Part shown: piece by piece, positions 39,019 to 48,137 of the stretch
Numbering within the stretch: position 1 is the stretch's first letter
Layout of the letters: each line of letters begins with the position of its first letter
Assembly (NCBI GenBank): GCA_026390695.1
Contig: JAPLFL010000070.1
Location: 624 to 64,623 of the forward strand
Origin: Candidatus Kapaibacterium sp.
GTDB lineage: Bacteria > Bacteroidota > Ignavibacteria > Kapaibacteriales > UBA2268
Direction of reading: 5' to 3'
DNA: 64,000 bases
Notes under the pieces: generated by a model
What the model saw: the letters and a program-made list of their open reading frames with translations, nothing else
Database searches by the model: none
What the model was told of the DNA's origin: nothing
Program-made: the position numbers and the translations under genes

Positions 39019-40779
39019 ATGGAGAATATCAATAAATATGATTACGAATCTATAGATTGGGAATTTTTCTTTAAAGCTATAGATGTTTTTATCTCAAAAA
39101 AATCCAACTTTCAAAGTGTAAATGAATTAATATTAAATGGATTAAAAGTATTTCAAGAAATTCATTTTTTAAAATTTGTTGCATTTTTTACCTTTGATTA
39201 TAAAAACGCAGAATTTTTTTTAAAATCTATTATACCTGAAGAATTTTCAGAAAATGCACAAAAAACATTTGACGGTCTTTCTGAACAAGGCAGTATAGGA
39301 GTCGCAATCAATAAGGGGTCAGTTATTATTGCTAATCCCGATATTTTTTATAATCTCGATTCAATTAATTTTATTTCTCCAATTATTTTTTCTTCCGGTG
39401 TCTTTGGTCTTGTACTCATCTCGACAAATAAAACCCGATTAGATATAAGTTTGATTTTTCAACAATTTCTCACTCTATATTCTTCAATTTTTACAAGCGC
39501 TATTGAAAATTCAATTTTAATCAGTGATCTCAATAAAAATTCTTCACTTTTGGAGCAAAAGGTAGCAGAACGAACTATATCATTGTCTCAAAGTAAAAGA
39601 GAAATAAATGCAATATTAGATGCAACTCATTGTGGAATAATGGTGATTGATTCCGATACCGGAGAGATAATCAAGATTAACCACGGCTGTTTGGAGATAA
39701 TAGGTGATATTGAATCGAAAATTCTGTCCTCCAAATATACAGAATATCTTGACTATGATCTTCCACAAAATTCTATTAAGGAATATGGCTCCATAAAATC
39801 TAGAAAATTCGAATCTAATTTAAAAGCCTCCAACGGAAATATCATTCCGATAATTCGTTCAACTTCTTATTTTAATCTTGGAACTGCTCGTTTCAGAATC
39901 GAAAATTTTAATGACATTCCTGAAATCAAACAAGCACAGCAGAAGCTCAAAAGGGCAAATGAAATTTTAGAACTTCAAGTCGAAGAACGTACCGAGGATT
40001 ATAAAATTCTTATACATAAATTAAAACAACAAATATCAGAACGTGAAAGAGCGGAAATAGAAATACGAAGGCTCTTACAAAAGGAAATTGATCTTAATGA
40101 ATTAAAGTCTCGCTTCATATCTATGGTTTCACACGAATTCAGAACTCCATTAACAATTATACGTTCCTCTTCTCAGTTAATTAGTGAATATTATAAATTA
40201 TTAACTGAAGAGGAAAAATTGAATTATCTGCAAACTATTACTCAAACTGTAGATAATATGACAGATATGATGGAAAATGTCGTTTTTATTGAGCAAGCAT
40301 CTATAGAAAATGAGATCGCCACACCATCGTGGATACGTTTAAAGGATTTTTGTTTATTATTAATCAATGATGTGAAAAAATATTCTTCAAAAAGCCGAAT
40401 AATTAATTTCTCATATCAAGGCGAAATTGATTATGTTTATGTCGATAGTACAATTTTAAGATTAATACTCGTAAATTTATTAGCCAATTCAATAAAATAC
40501 TCTGAAACAAAAAGTATAGTAAACATAGATGTAATTGGAACCGATAAATTTGCAACTTTCGTCATAAAAGATTCAGGGATTGGGATTCCAAATGATGAAA
40601 TTGAAAAAATATTCGATACGTTTTACAGAGCAAAAAATGTCGGTGAAATTTCAGGTACTGGCTTAGGTATGACAGTAGTAATGCGATCTTTGAAGTTATT
40701 AAACGGAACATTGGATATAAATAGTCAATTAGAAGTTGGAACAACATTTACAGTTAAAATTCCAATAAACGATCAATAA
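39019..40779 (+). CDS. Sensor histidine kinase (GAF/PAS-like sensor + HisKA + HATPase_c)
   Basis: H-box SHEFRTPLTIIRSS. N/G1/G2 boxes (LVNLLANSIKYS, IKDSGIGIP, GTGLGM). PAS-like segment INAILDATHCGIMVID. Confidence 0.75.
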   Translation: MENINKYDYESIDWEFFFKAIDVFISKKSNFQSVNELILNGLKVFQEIHFLKFVAFFTFDYKNAEFFLKSIIPEEFSENAQKTFDGLSEQGSIGVAINKGSVIIANPDIFYNLDSINFISPIIFSSGVFGLVLISTNKTRLDISLIFQQFLTLYSSIFTSAIENSILISDLNKNSSLLEQKVAERTISLSQSKREINAILDATHCGIMVIDSDTGEIIKINHGCLEIIGDIESKILSSKYTEYLDYDLPQNSIKEYGSIKSRKFESNLKASNGNIIPIIRSTSYFNLGTARFRIENFNDIPEIKQAQQKLKRANEILELQVEERTEDYKILIHKLKQQISERERAEIEIRRLLQKEIDLNELKSRFISMVSHEFRTPLTIIRSSSQLISEYYKLLTEEEKLNYLQTITQTVDNMTDMMENVVFIEQASIENEIATPSWIRLKDFCLLLINDVKKYSSKSRIINFSYQGEIDYVYVDSTILRLILVNLLANSIKYSETKSIVNIDVIGTDKFATFVIKDSGIGIPNDEIEKIFDTFYRAKNVGEISGTGLGMTVVMRSLKLLNGTLDINSQLEVGTTFTVKIPINDQ

Positions 40780-40789
40780 TAAGTAAAAA

Positions 40790-41887
40790 ATGAAAAAGAA
40801 AATATTAATTGTCGAAGATGAAGAAATAATAAGGGTAAGCCTTTCCAAAGCACTTGAATTAAATGAGTATAACGTACAATCAGCTCCTGATGGAGGTAAA
40901 GCTCTTGAAATAGCGAGAAGCTTTAAACCGGATTTAATTGTTTCCGATATTTTGATGCCAGTTATGAACGGCAAGCAATTATTAGAAGAATTACAGAAAG
41001 ACAGCTCAACAAGTATGATCCCTTTTTTATTTTTAACTGCTCTTTCGGATAAATCGGATGTCAGGCGCGGAATGCAGTTAGGAGCCGATGATTATATAAC
41101 AAAACCATTTGATATTAACGAACTGATTTCAGCTATACGGACAAGATTGAACAAACATGAAAAATCGCAACAACTTCAATCTACCAAAATAAATAATTTA
41201 GTTTCAAGTATTAATCGAGCACTGCCACATGAATTCAGAACACCAATAAGTATAATTATGGGCTTCTCTGATTATATTCTTAAAAAAGTAGATACGATAA
41301 GTAAACCCGATCTCAAGGATATGATTGCCAACATCAAAGAAGCTGGTGAAAGGCTCAGCAATTTATTTGAACAATATCTTTTCTATGCCTCATTAGAAGC
41401 CATTGCATCGAATAATGAAGAATTAAAAAAAGCTCGTTCTAAAAAAACTCCGTCGATTGAAATGATTATCTCAGATCTTGTTAATTTATTAACAAAACCA
41501 TTTAATAGAAGAGACGATTTTGAAATAGAAATTGATGACTGTGCAATTGCAATGAGTGAGGATTATTTCGTTAAACTGATGCAAGAATTAATTGAAAATT
41601 CTATGAAATTCTCACAATCAGGTTCAAAGGTTGTGATTATCGGGAAATTTGATTCAACTGATTGTCATCTTGAAATCAAAGACCACGGTCGGGGCATGTC
41701 CAATGAGCAGATAACAACTATAGGTGCGTATGTTCAATTTGAACGTGGCACTTATGAGCAGCAAGGAGCAGGGTTAGGATTAGCTATTTTAAATAAGATT
41801 GCTGAAGTGCATGGTGGTAAAATGACGATTCAAAGTGAACTTCAAAAATTTACAATATTCAAATTCCGCTTCCCTTTAGTGAGATAA
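40790..41887 (+). CDS. Hybrid response regulator receiver + histidine kinase
   Basis: REC domain ILIVEDEEIIR...DLIVSDILMP...K then H-box PHEFRTPISIIMGF and HATPase_c (DHGRGMS, GAGLGLAI). Confidence 0.75.
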   Translation: MKKKILIVEDEEIIRVSLSKALELNEYNVQSAPDGGKALEIARSFKPDLIVSDILMPVMNGKQLLEELQKDSSTSMIPFLFLTALSDKSDVRRGMQLGADDYITKPFDINELISAIRTRLNKHEKSQQLQSTKINNLVSSINRALPHEFRTPISIIMGFSDYILKKVDTISKPDLKDMIANIKEAGERLSNLFEQYLFYASLEAIASNNEELKKARSKKTPSIEMIISDLVNLLTKPFNRRDDFEIEIDDCAIAMSEDYFVKLMQELIENSMKFSQSGSKVVIIGKFDSTDCHLEIKDHGRGMSNEQITTIGAYVQFERGTYEQQGAGLGLAILNKIAEVHGGKMTIQSELQKFTIFKFRFPLVR

Positions 41888-43096
41888 CTGTTGATATTTA
41901 TTGATAATTCTGGTGACATTAACCTTCCAGTCGTATTTCTCAATTGCAGATTTTCTTGCTCCCTCAGATATTTTGATGGCAAGATTTTCGTCGGAATAAA
42001 TTTTTTGAACAGCCTCAGCAAGTGCTTCAGGCTGTTTTTGTTCACATAAGATTCCGTTTTCAGAATCCTGAATCACCTCGCCTAACTGTCCTACACTCGT
42101 TGCAACTATTGGTTTACCCATCGCCATATACTCGAATAATTTGGTGGGGGAACCGAAAAATTCACTATTATCATCATTTTGCACAGTTGGTGATAACAAA
42201 ACATTGCATGCAGCTAAATATTCAGGAATTTCATAATGATTTACAAAACCGGTAATTATACAATTATTCCCAACATTACTTTTTTGTATTATTTCCTCAA
42301 CCTTTGCCCGCATCATTCCATCACCAATAAAAAACAATATTGCATTCGGAATCTTCGAGATGATTGCTTTTGCTGCTTCTGCTAAAACATCGACACCGTG
42401 CCATTGTCCAAATGTTCCGCTAAACCCGCAAACAAACTTGTTCTCAAGTTTGTATTTCTGAATTATCCTCTTTCCATCAATATCGGGTCGGAACTTATCA
42501 GGATCAGTGCCATTCGGATTAACTACAACTTTTATTGGGTCAACCCCATAATCAATCATCATTCTTTTTACTACAGAAGAAGGTACAAAAATAGCATCAG
42601 CAGCGTCCCACTGAATTTCTTCAGCAATCCGAAGCAACTTATCGAAGTACAATTTTCCCCAGTTTTTTTTCACCCAAATCTGAACTCCATCGCAATGTAA
42701 AAAAAATGGAATGCCAAGCTCCTTTTTGATAATTGCTCCACCCCAGTTAAAATCATGATGATGCTGAAAAATAAAGTCAGGCTTATCATTCCTTATTAGT
42801 TTTTTGACAACATTAATCGCCTTCCTGTTATATGGTAAACAAAGAACTTCCGGTAGGTTCATAAATATTTTATTAAAAGGGATATGTATATTTTTCACAT
42901 ATTCAGGCAAGTAGGGCTCTCCCCCATTTACGAAACTAATTTCACATCCCAATTTATGAAAACCCTCCACCATACCATTATGCATGGTGTTAACACCTCC
43001 GAGAATTTGCGCTCCGTAAAAATCGGTACGCCAAAAAAGTAATTTTATTTTTTTGCTAATTTCCATTTCAAATAAGGTAATTTCACATAAAACCAT
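41876..43096 (-). CDS. Glycosyltransferase family 4 (GT1/GT4-type)
   Basis: C-terminal EX7E-type motif EFFGSPTKLFEYMAMGKPIVATSVGQLGEVIQDSENGIL. Confidence 0.7.
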   Translation of the reverse strand: MVLCEITLFEMEISKKIKLLFWRTDFYGAQILGGVNTMHNGMVEGFHKLGCEISFVNGGEPYLPEYVKNIHIPFNKIFMNLPEVLCLPYNRKAINVVKKLIRNDKPDFIFQHHHDFNWGGAIIKKELGIPFFLHCDGVQIWVKKNWGKLYFDKLLRIAEEIQWDAADAIFVPSSVVKRMMIDYGVDPIKVVVNPNGTDPDKFRPDIDGKRIIQKYKLENKFVCGFSGTFGQWHGVDVLAEAAKAIISKIPNAILFFIGDGMMRAKVEEIIQKSNVGNNCIITGFVNHYEIPEYLAACNVLLSPTVQNDDNSEFFGSPTKLFEYMAMGKPIVATSVGQLGEVIQDSENGILCEQKQPEALAEAVQKIYSDENLAIKISEGARKSAIEKYDWKVNVTRIINKYQQLSH

Positions 43097-43449
43097 GCAA
43101 CAATAATTGAACTTAAAATAAGTTCCAGAGCCAAACTTGTTAATTCAATAAAAAGAAAAGTAAAAATATTAAATCTGCTTTTATTCCCACCAGCATCAAT
43201 GATAGCTCCGCGACCTAATGAAAAAATAAGAATATAAATTTTTATAAAAATTTTGAATCTTTGATATTTCAAAGCCGTACAGCCAAAAAATATATTTGAA
43301 TAATCATTTCCCTTAATAATTCTTTTTATCTCGGTGAAGGTTACCAACTGTTTCTCGTCTAATTTAATCACATTTACATCTGACTGAATCAGACCATTAG
43401 CATTTATTATTCGTGGTGCATTATCCGACAATAGAAAAAGGAGATCCAT
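43045..43449 (-). CDS. Hypothetical small membrane protein. Could be a frameshifted N-terminal anchor of the GT4 gene
   Basis: ORF only. Its C-terminal ~50 aa are hydrophobic and it overlaps the GT4 start by 52 nt in another frame. Confidence 0.25.
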   Translation of the reverse strand: MDLLFLLSDNAPRIINANGLIQSDVNVIKLDEKQLVTFTEIKRIIKGNDYSNIFFGCTALKYQRFKIFIKIYILIFSLGRGAIIDAGGNKSRFNIFTFLFIELTSLALELILSSIIVAWFYVKLPYLKWKLAKK

Positions 43450-43499
43450 GATAAATCAAATTAATAAAATTAAGTAAAAGATTAGAATCAGCCAAAGAT

Positions 43500-44621
43500 T
43501 TGAGCCTATTAAAATATAATACCAAAATTAGTTATTTTTGTAACATGAATGAGAAAATTGAAAAATTTATTAAGTCAGGTACATTTCCACCAGTTTTGCT
43601 ATTATTTGGCAAAGAAGAATATCACATTTCCCAAGCATTGGAGCGCTTAACGAGCGATATTTTTCAGTTTGAAAACGCCGAATACAATACCCATATACTT
43701 GAAGCCGATGATACAAATATCAATACAATTCTTAACTTGTCATTATCCTATCCGTTTATGGCCGACCGTAGGTGTATTGTAGTTAAGCATTTTGAAAAAC
43801 TATTTTCAGGGCGGGTTTCCAAAAAAAATGATTCTTTGATTTCACTCGAAAAATATCTGGATAATCCTCAGAAAACAACAATTATAATTTTAACTGCTGA
43901 TTATGACGGAATAAACGGTTTAGCTGCCGAACTAAAGAATCCATCCAAAAAGGCAAAAGCAGAGAAGAGGATTGATGGACTCAAGGCTCCATTTAATAAA
44001 TTAATCCGTGAACATCAATGGATTGAATTCCCACAGGTACATGAATCAAATTTTTTTGAATTTATTAAATCCGAACTTTCAAAGCACAGTAAAACTGCTT
44101 CTGCTGAAGCTATACAGCTTTTGCTTGTACAATCAGGACAAACATTAAGGGAAATTGCAAACGAAATCGAAAAATTAGTTACTTATCTCGGTGAGCGCGA
44201 TTCGGTAACAGTTTCTGATGTTAGTTCTCTTATAGGAAGTTCACATATCTATAATGTCTATGATCTTCAGAAAGCCATTTCAGCACGAAATCTTAGTGAT
44301 GCAATGAAAATTCTTGAACATTTATTAGCACATGAGCGTCTCGAAATGCTAATTTTAACAGTTATATCAAGGCATTTCATTGCTCTTTGGAAATTATATG
44401 AAGAATCTCAAAAGCAGTCTAATGATTACCAATTGGCAGCAGCAGCCGGAATCAATCCATATTTCATCAATGAATATAAGTCTGCATTAAAAAAATATTC
44501 ACAGACCGACTTGGATAACGCCTTTAAAGCAATGGCAGAAGCCGATGCTCAGATAAAGGCAACAGGGGCTTACCCCTTATTAATAATGCAGAAAATGATT
44601 TTAAAAATTATTTCAAAATGA
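43500..44621 (+). CDS. holA: DNA polymerase III subunit delta. True start may be the Met at 43545
   Basis: N-terminal block FPPVLLLFGKEEYHISQALERL of HolA (F.P.yLlyGeE.yl), ~340-370 aa, helical C-terminus. Confidence 0.65.
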   Translation: MSLLKYNTKISYFCNMNEKIEKFIKSGTFPPVLLLFGKEEYHISQALERLTSDIFQFENAEYNTHILEADDTNINTILNLSLSYPFMADRRCIVVKHFEKLFSGRVSKKNDSLISLEKYLDNPQKTTIIILTADYDGINGLAAELKNPSKKAKAEKRIDGLKAPFNKLIREHQWIEFPQVHESNFFEFIKSELSKHSKTASAEAIQLLLVQSGQTLREIANEIEKLVTYLGERDSVTVSDVSSLIGSSHIYNVYDLQKAISARNLSDAMKILEHLLAHERLEMLILTVISRHFIALWKLYEESQKQSNDYQLAAAAGINPYFINEYKSALKKYSQTDLDNAFKAMAEADAQIKATGAYPLLIMQKMILKIISK

Positions 44622-44634
44622 AATTTAACAAATA

Positions 44635-46503
44635 ATGGCACAAAATATAAAAGTCAGCGGTCTGTTCACCGGAAATGAAAACTTCGGATCCTCAGCAAGG
44701 ATGAAGGTTTTCAGGTTTATTATTATTCTTTTTACTTCAATATATTTATTACAACTTGCTTATCTTCAAATCATTCGTGGAAGTTTATTCCGCAGTGAAA
44801 GCGAGGCTCAGGCAATAAAGAAAATGCCAATCGAACCATTCAGAGGAAATTTATTTGATAGGAACAGAGAACTAATTGTACATAATAAGCCATCATTTTC
44901 AATTACCATAACTCCTTATTTATTTAAATCCGAATGTATTCCGCTTCTGCTCTCAATAATTCCGGTTGATTCAACCCTGCTACTTGAAATTGCAACGGAT
45001 GCTAAAAAATTTCCAAGATTTACACCAATTAAAATTTATCGTGATTTGAATTATGAAGAAACCGCTAAAATAGAGGAATACAGCGACTTTTTAAACGGTG
45101 TGGATGTTATTGTCGAATCAAAAAGAAAATACGAATTTGAGTGCAATATGGCTCATTTGTTAGGCTATACCAGAGAAGTTACTCCCGATCAGATTAAAAA
45201 ATTCTCCTACCTTAAACCTGGCGACGTTATTGGGCAAACCGGACTTGAATATACTTATGATAGAATTGTTCGTGGTGAACCAGGATACCAATACATTGCC
45301 GTTACAAATAATGGAAAGCGTGTTTATTCTTTTGACCAGAAAAAAATTAGAACTCCTGCCAATAATGGCTCTGACTTGCAACTTGGGCTTGATTTACATT
45401 TACAGGAATTAGCCGAAAAACTTCTTGAAGGGAAGCGCGGAGCTGCCGTAGCGCTTGATCCATCCACTGGTGAAATTATTATATTTGCAAGTAAACCTGA
45501 TTATGATCCTCGTGAATTTAGTGGAAAAGTTCCTACAGCCCTTTTTGAGAAATTAAATAATGATGATGGAAAGCCTCTTCTAAACCGTGCTTTAATGTCA
45601 CAGTACCCACCGGGTTCGACATGGAAGATGCTTATGGCTGCTGCTGCACTTCAGGAAGGATTAATCACCGAGAACACAATTATGTATTGTCCGGGTTCTT
45701 TTACTTTTGCCGGACGTTCCTACAAGTGCCATAGCGCACATGGACAGGTAAATGTAAAAAAAGCAATACATGTATCTTGCAATGTATTTTTTTATCAGAT
45801 CGGATTGAAATTAGGTATGGAGCGGTTTGAAAAATACGGTGATATGTTTGGATTCGGTCGTAAAACTTATATAGATTTACCAAACGAGGCTTCTGGTCGG
45901 CTTCCAACTGTCGAATGGTTAAGTACTCAACATGATAAATATTCTCAAGGTAAATTAGTCAACTACGGTATCGGGCAAGGTGAAATTCTTGTTACTCCGC
46001 TCCAGATGGCTGTTTATGCTGCAACTATTGCTAATAAAGGAATTGTAGTTCAACCTCATGTTGTAAGTAATGTTTTAAATAATTTGACTAATAAAACCGA
46101 GTCTATTTTTTACGCAAAAAAAGAATTACCCGTTGATAAAAAAATATTTGAGATTATTCAATCTGGTATGTTCGACGTAGTAAATACTCCCGGTGGTACA
46201 GCCTCCGCAGCTAAACTTCCTGATATTGTAGTTTGTGGTAAAACCGGTACCGCTCAAAATCCTCATGGGCAGGATCATTCATGGTTTATCTGTTTTGCTC
46301 CGAGAGACAATCCAAAAATCGCTATGGCAGTATTTGTAGAGAATGCAGGCTTTGGTGGCGCTATTTCAGCTCCGATAGCTCATGATCTGTTGAATGGATT
46401 TTTTCATCCGGGAACCTTGAAGCAACAACTTGCTGAAACAAAGAAAAAAGCAGCTCCTGCAGACACTTTAAAGCCTAATTTAGAAGAAGTGGAACCGGAA
46501 TAA
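44635..46503 (+). CDS. mrdA: Penicillin-binding protein 2 (peptidoglycan D,D-transpeptidase)
   Basis: N-terminal TM anchor. SxxK PPGSTWKM, SxN SCNVFF, KTG KTGTAQN. PBP-dimer domain QTGLEYTYD. Confidence 0.8.
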   Translation: MAQNIKVSGLFTGNENFGSSARMKVFRFIIILFTSIYLLQLAYLQIIRGSLFRSESEAQAIKKMPIEPFRGNLFDRNRELIVHNKPSFSITITPYLFKSECIPLLLSIIPVDSTLLLEIATDAKKFPRFTPIKIYRDLNYEETAKIEEYSDFLNGVDVIVESKRKYEFECNMAHLLGYTREVTPDQIKKFSYLKPGDVIGQTGLEYTYDRIVRGEPGYQYIAVTNNGKRVYSFDQKKIRTPANNGSDLQLGLDLHLQELAEKLLEGKRGAAVALDPSTGEIIIFASKPDYDPREFSGKVPTALFEKLNNDDGKPLLNRALMSQYPPGSTWKMLMAAAALQEGLITENTIMYCPGSFTFAGRSYKCHSAHGQVNVKKAIHVSCNVFFYQIGLKLGMERFEKYGDMFGFGRKTYIDLPNEASGRLPTVEWLSTQHDKYSQGKLVNYGIGQGEILVTPLQMAVYAATIANKGIVVQPHVVSNVLNNLTNKTESIFYAKKELPVDKKIFEIIQSGMFDVVNTPGGTASAAKLPDIVVCGKTGTAQNPHGQDHSWFICFAPRDNPKIAMAVFVENAGFGGAISAPIAHDLLNGFFHPGTLKQQLAETKKKAAPADTLKPNLEEVEPE

Positions 46504-46579
46504 TGGTTAATAGTTAACTATTAATGATTAATTATCAAACCTTTAGTACGGGGAAGCTTTTGTCTGTAATTGGTTTGGT

Positions 46580-47707
46580 CTAATTTTGAATAAATAAAGA
46601 TTCGTTTCTAATCGGATAATTTTTTCTCAATTGGTCAAATTCAATCACTCGCTCTTGTTCTGACATTACAAGCAATTTTCGAAAATTATCATTATCATAT
46701 TCAATTTGTCTGGATCTATTTATTATTTTAGAAATATCTTTGGGTGGTTTAATAGAGAGCTCATCTGCACTGATTGAATCGCAACTATCCTCAACAAAAA
46801 CCGAATAATCGATTTCTATTTTATATTGTTTATTAATTTCCTCTGCCAAAATTCTTGAAGCTAATACTTTACCGTTATTCGAATAACCGGCAATATGCGG
46901 AGTCGCTATTATAGCTTGTTTTGCTATTTCAAGATTTATTTTAGGTTCATTTTCCCAAACATCAAATACAAAATCAATATTTTTATTTTTAATGGTTTCC
47001 AAAAATGCTGATTCATCAACAACAGAGCCACGAGATGTATGCAAAAATAGAGAATTATCTTTTATCTTAGATAGTAAATCAATGTTAATAAGGCTGTGAG
47101 TGCTATATTTGCCAGATAAATGCAATGGTACATGATTAGTTATTATATCAGAATCTTTAAATATTTCAGAAATTGATTTGTGGTGCACCCAATCAGGAAA
47201 TTTAAATTTTTCATCAAACAACGGAGGATCATTTACAACTACTTCAATACCTAATTTATGCGCATACAGAGCTACTTTCCTGCCGATATTCCCATACCCA
47301 ATAATTCCGATTTTCTTCTCATTTAATTGATTGTTATTAACGTTAGACCATTTTAATAAACAATAAATAACATATTCTGCAACACTATTGGAATTAGCTC
47401 CTGTTGCCGCCTTAAAAGATATTCCATTTTTTTTTAGATAATCCAAATTAATATGATCGGTTCCTGTAGTGGCTGTTCCAACAAATTTTACCTTAGTCCC
47501 ATTTAACAAGTTCTGATCAACTTTGCAGGTTGAACGGACAATTAAAATTGTACATTGACCTTTTAATATTTCTTCATTCGACAGTTTTCTTCCTTCAAAT
47601 AAAACAGTGCTACTGCTCTCTTTCACAGAGTGTTTAAGAAGTTTAATATTTTTATCAATATATATCAGTTCTTCAGTCAATCTATTTACATTTACATTGA
47701 AAAGCAA
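46580..47707 (-). CDS. pdxB: Erythronate-4-phosphate dehydrogenase (D-2-hydroxyacid dehydrogenase with PdxB-type C-terminal domain)
   Basis: KFVGTATTGTDHINLDYLKKNGISF...NSVAEYV and DVWENEPKINLEIAKQAIIATPHIAGYS are colinear with E. coli PdxB. NAD motif GYGNIGRKVA. ~375 aa with C-terminal extension. Confidence 0.6.
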   Translation of the reverse strand: MLFNVNVNRLTEELIYIDKNIKLLKHSVKESSSTVLFEGRKLSNEEILKGQCTILIVRSTCKVDQNLLNGTKVKFVGTATTGTDHINLDYLKKNGISFKAATGANSNSVAEYVIYCLLKWSNVNNNQLNEKKIGIIGYGNIGRKVALYAHKLGIEVVVNDPPLFDEKFKFPDWVHHKSISEIFKDSDIITNHVPLHLSGKYSTHSLINIDLLSKIKDNSLFLHTSRGSVVDESAFLETIKNKNIDFVFDVWENEPKINLEIAKQAIIATPHIAGYSNNGKVLASRILAEEINKQYKIEIDYSVFVEDSCDSISADELSIKPPKDISKIINRSRQIEYDNDNFRKLLVMSEQERVIEFDQLRKNYPIRNESLFIQN

Positions 47708-47770
47708 AATTATAAATATAATGAATCAAACAATGGTAATTTGGAATAATTATTTAAACGAAAAGAGAAT

Positions 47771-48136
47771 ATGAATTTTGCAAAAATAATATTTTTTATA
47801 ATACTGATTTTCATAATTTCATCATGCAAGCAATACATTTCTCAAAATGAGCTCATAGTGTTGAAACCGGGCATGGATACATCCCTTGTCAAAAGATATT
47901 TCAATAAAATTAGTCCAAGATGTACTGCCGGAACCAATATTTTTGGCGATAGTTCTGTTTTTGTTGAAATATATATATTAAAAAAAGGTGAAACATATTC
48001 TTCATATTTTCTTGCCTATAAAAAAGGGAAACTGCTGTTTAGCGGCTTCCCTTACGAATTTATTTCAAATGATGATTCCCTCATTAATTCAATAGGAAAC
48101 AAAACTTCGGAATATTATGAAAAAAATTGCGATTAA
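47771..48136 (+). CDS. Hypothetical lipoprotein
   Basis: Signal peptide with lipobox IISSCK. 121 aa. No recognisable domain. Confidence 0.4.
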   Translation: MNFAKIIFFIILIFIISSCKQYISQNELIVLKPGMDTSLVKRYFNKISPRCTAGTNIFGDSSVFVEIYILKKGETYSSYFLAYKKGKLLFSGFPYEFISNDDSLINSIGNKTSEYYEKNCD

Positions 48137-48137
48137 T

